From: Anolis carolinensis
Taxonomy: Eukaryota
Assembly: GCF_035594765.1 (NCBI RefSeq)
Contig: NC_085841.1
Span: 206,716,155-206,780,154 of the forward strand
Direction of reading: 5' to 3'
Length of the DNA stretch: 64,000 nucleotides
Shown here: positions 61,303 through 64,000 of the stretch, one piece after another
How positions within the stretch are numbered: the first letter of the stretch is position 1
How the letters are laid out: every line of letters begins with the position of its first letter
The notes under the pieces: model-generated
Seen by the model: only the letters and a program-made list of their open reading frames with translations
Databases searched by the model: none
Told to the model about the DNA's origin: nothing
Program-made: the position numbers and the translations under genes

Positions 61303-63577
61303 CATTTCAATATTTTTTAGGACCCTCCCAGACAGGCCCTTTATCCCAGGATCTGATCCCAGGGTTTCTGCTTTAAACTGGATAATATAAATCCTCATTG
61401 CCTGATAATCTGGGATAAACAGAAAACCTGGAATCAGATCCTGGGATATAGGGCCTGTTTGGAAGGGCTCTAGGGAGCCTGTTATCTTTCATGTGTCTTA
61501 CACTGCTCCTTATGGTTGAGTGCATTTTATGTGTGTGTGCATGATGAAGTATAATAATCACATTTATTATCACAATAATTCTATGAGTTTTTCCTTTGTA
61601 TATTTAAAAGATCTCAAAAGGCTGTAGACATAAACACAACAAGGAGGATTTTGCTTCGTGCAGACCCCTTGAACCCAGCTGTATCTTAAAAATATGTGGT
61701 TTAAAAATAAAAGAGGGTTTTTAATTTAGGCTAAGTTGGGAACTACTAGAGGCTAAAGGGGCGGGGGGAGAGTGTGTGGAAAGAAAAGAAAAATGTTCCC
61801 TCCAAAATAATGTATCAAATCTTCTCAAACCATAAGTGTACACACTCACGTCTACAATGGCACACTCACGTCTACAATGTCCCAGAACGGATAGAATGGC
61901 GAAAATGACATAGTAATAATAAGACTAAAGAGCAGGGATTCTGACAGATTCTTTGATTGCAAGATTCTTTCCTCAAGGGAAGGTGACACTTTATTGTGTT
62001 CTTAAAATAGGAACAGCTAAACAAGACTTTATGAGGCTGACTATGAAAGCAATGAATAGGACAAAGTAGAACTGTTTGTCCAATTGATTTCAAGCTCAGA
62101 GCCCCACCGTATCAGTCCAAGTCCCATAAATTGCACAGAATTGCTGTCCAAATATGCCCCTTTCTTGTTTCCTTCAATAAGTTGCATTTACATTCCTTGT
62201 GGATCAGGCCCTTGTTTGTCCTTCTTCCCACTCCATGGCCTACAATCCAATTGATAATCCCAGTAGACCTGTCCAATCAATGGGTCGAGTTACCATTAGC
62301 CATTGCTTTAATGTGTCTTCAATAGCTGGGACTAAGTACTAGATTTAGAGTTAAAATCAAGGAGGACACAAAGAGCAAAACGGTTTTATAAAGGATTATA
62401 TAACGGGACATAAGGCAAGCAGGTTTGTGTCTCACTGGAAACACTAAATGGAGAAGATGCAAAGATAGCTGTGTGTTGAATTTCAATCAATTCCTTTACA
62501 TTTTGTATTTCACTGATCCCTCCGTGAGAATTCTACTTTTTGAAATAAACTTTTTTCTTCAGTCTCCACACTTCCAGCATTGCAGTAAGTTAACACTTCA
62601 GTTTGGCATTTAAAAAAAAGAAAAGAAATGCAGTTTAGACTTCCAAAGAAAAGAGCTAGGCCAAGTTTCTAAGAGCAAGGGAACACAGGAAATAAAGTGT
62701 TTTAGGTTTATGGGTTTCTGACAAAGTTCTCAATCTCTGGAATACTAGAAATTTGGAGACTGAAGGAAAGCATTCAGAAGAATGTCTCTGTCTATATGTG
62801 GTTGTCTATATATGTTGTTTGTCCAATGGCATTTAATGTTTGCCATTATGTGTGCATTGTGATCCGCCCTGAGTCCTCTTGGGGTGAAAAGGACGGAATA
62901 TAAATACAGTAAATAAATAAATAAATAAGATGAGAAGAAGACAATAGGGGAAATGGCCTCACTTTGCCCTCCATTCCTACGCCCCCTGTATGTAGTTACT
63001 GGGACTAAGGTCCCTTATACACTGCCATATAATCCAGGTTATCAAATAAATAATAATAACCTAAAATAGGAAAACTTTATTTGAAACGCACCCTATCTCC
63101 CAATAATCTAGATTATCCAGTTTGAATTGGATAGTATGAGTCTAACACTGCCATATAATCCAGTTCAAAGAAAATAACCTGGATTTTATATGGCAGTGTA
63201 GAAAGTGGCCCAAGTTCACTAAAGTTGGTGGGGGTTTACCTCCGACTAAGCAGGAACAACCCAATGAATTAAAGGACGCTGAACTCTCAGGTTCAGTGTT
63301 TTGGGAAAGCAGTCTTTATTCATAAATCAGTCCCACTGTATGCCCTGGAGCTTAGATCTACTTATCTGATATAAAAGTGGCGCCTAGAAGAGGAAAGGCA
63401 GAAAGGGGACTTGTTGAATTTTCCTTAATGGAAGCTGACCTTTAGACCCACCTGCCGCAAAGCTGTGTTTGTTGGTTTCCAGGGCACCGCTTGTCCACAC
63501 TTTGGTCAATTATGCACGAAAACGCAAGGAGAACGACCCCGAAATCAAAGGCTAAATTCAGATAGAACTTATCTCTA

Positions 63578-63727
63578 GGGTCCTTCCACACAGTGGTATA
63601 ACCCAGAATATCAAGGCAGAAAATCCCACAATATCTGCTTTGAACGGGATTATCTGAGTCCACACTCCCATATATTTCGGTTCAAAGCAGAAAATGTGGG
63701 ATTTTATTCATCTGTGTGGAAGGGGCC
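63578..63727. mobile_element. Harbinger-like MITE
   Basis: TIRs with a 3-bp TSD CTA. Confidence 0.85.
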
Positions 63728-64000
63728 CTAAGTCACCGCTTTTAGGTGACCCTTGTTGGCTCTCTGCTAATATCTGTGCCATTTGGTTAACAAAAGCTCT
63801 GAATTGCCTTCTTTCCCCGCTCAGGAAGAGTTGAAAGATGGCATTATGCACTGTGCTGCAGGAGAGACAAAAGAAGAACGGGGGCTCAATATTTATATAA
63901 AAATACACATTGATTTATACACACTTTTATACAACCAAACATATAGGCACCGGTCGGCTTAAGCCTTGGATCCCCACGCCACTGAGTGTGGTTGTCCTTG

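Noticed and set aside
61841-61879. 20-bp tandem duplication (others near 16197, 48292 and 55717) and (CA)n, (GA)n and (AAT)n tracts
   Set aside because: Ordinary slippage products.
58560-63900. Possible region XI conserved element among the unique stretches
   Set aside because: No motif pattern distinctive enough to place it without alignment.

Overview
Vertebrate genomic DNA containing the posterior part of a HoxD cluster. Hoxd9, Hoxd10, Hoxd11 and Hoxd12 are all on the minus strand, each with two exons and a phase-1 GT-AG intron. The retained but diverged Hoxd12 and the heavy transposon load point to a squamate, most likely an Anolis lizard (inference). The cluster is invaded by repeats: about 20 Penelope-like element (PLE) fragments, many as inverted repeats and carrying a minimal type I hammerhead ribozyme motif; Ingi/Vingi-like LINE pieces with TSDs; tRNA- and 5S-derived SINEs; Harbinger-like, hAT and mariner-type MITEs; a composite Helitron; an L1 3' end; and a full-length degenerate Ty1/copia element (46445-52060). 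Hoxd13 is not reached in the 25 kb beyond Hoxd12. The most notable observations are the hammerhead motifs spread through the cluster (including an inactivated one in the presumed Hoxd9 3'UTR), a 73-bp copia fragment inside a 5'-inverted LINE, mosaic copia LTRs, and candidate Hoxd11 regulatory regions VIII, IX and X plus CTCF sites. There is one N gap (14595-14751). Repeat family names come from recalled motifs, not database searches, and many repeat boundaries are approximate.
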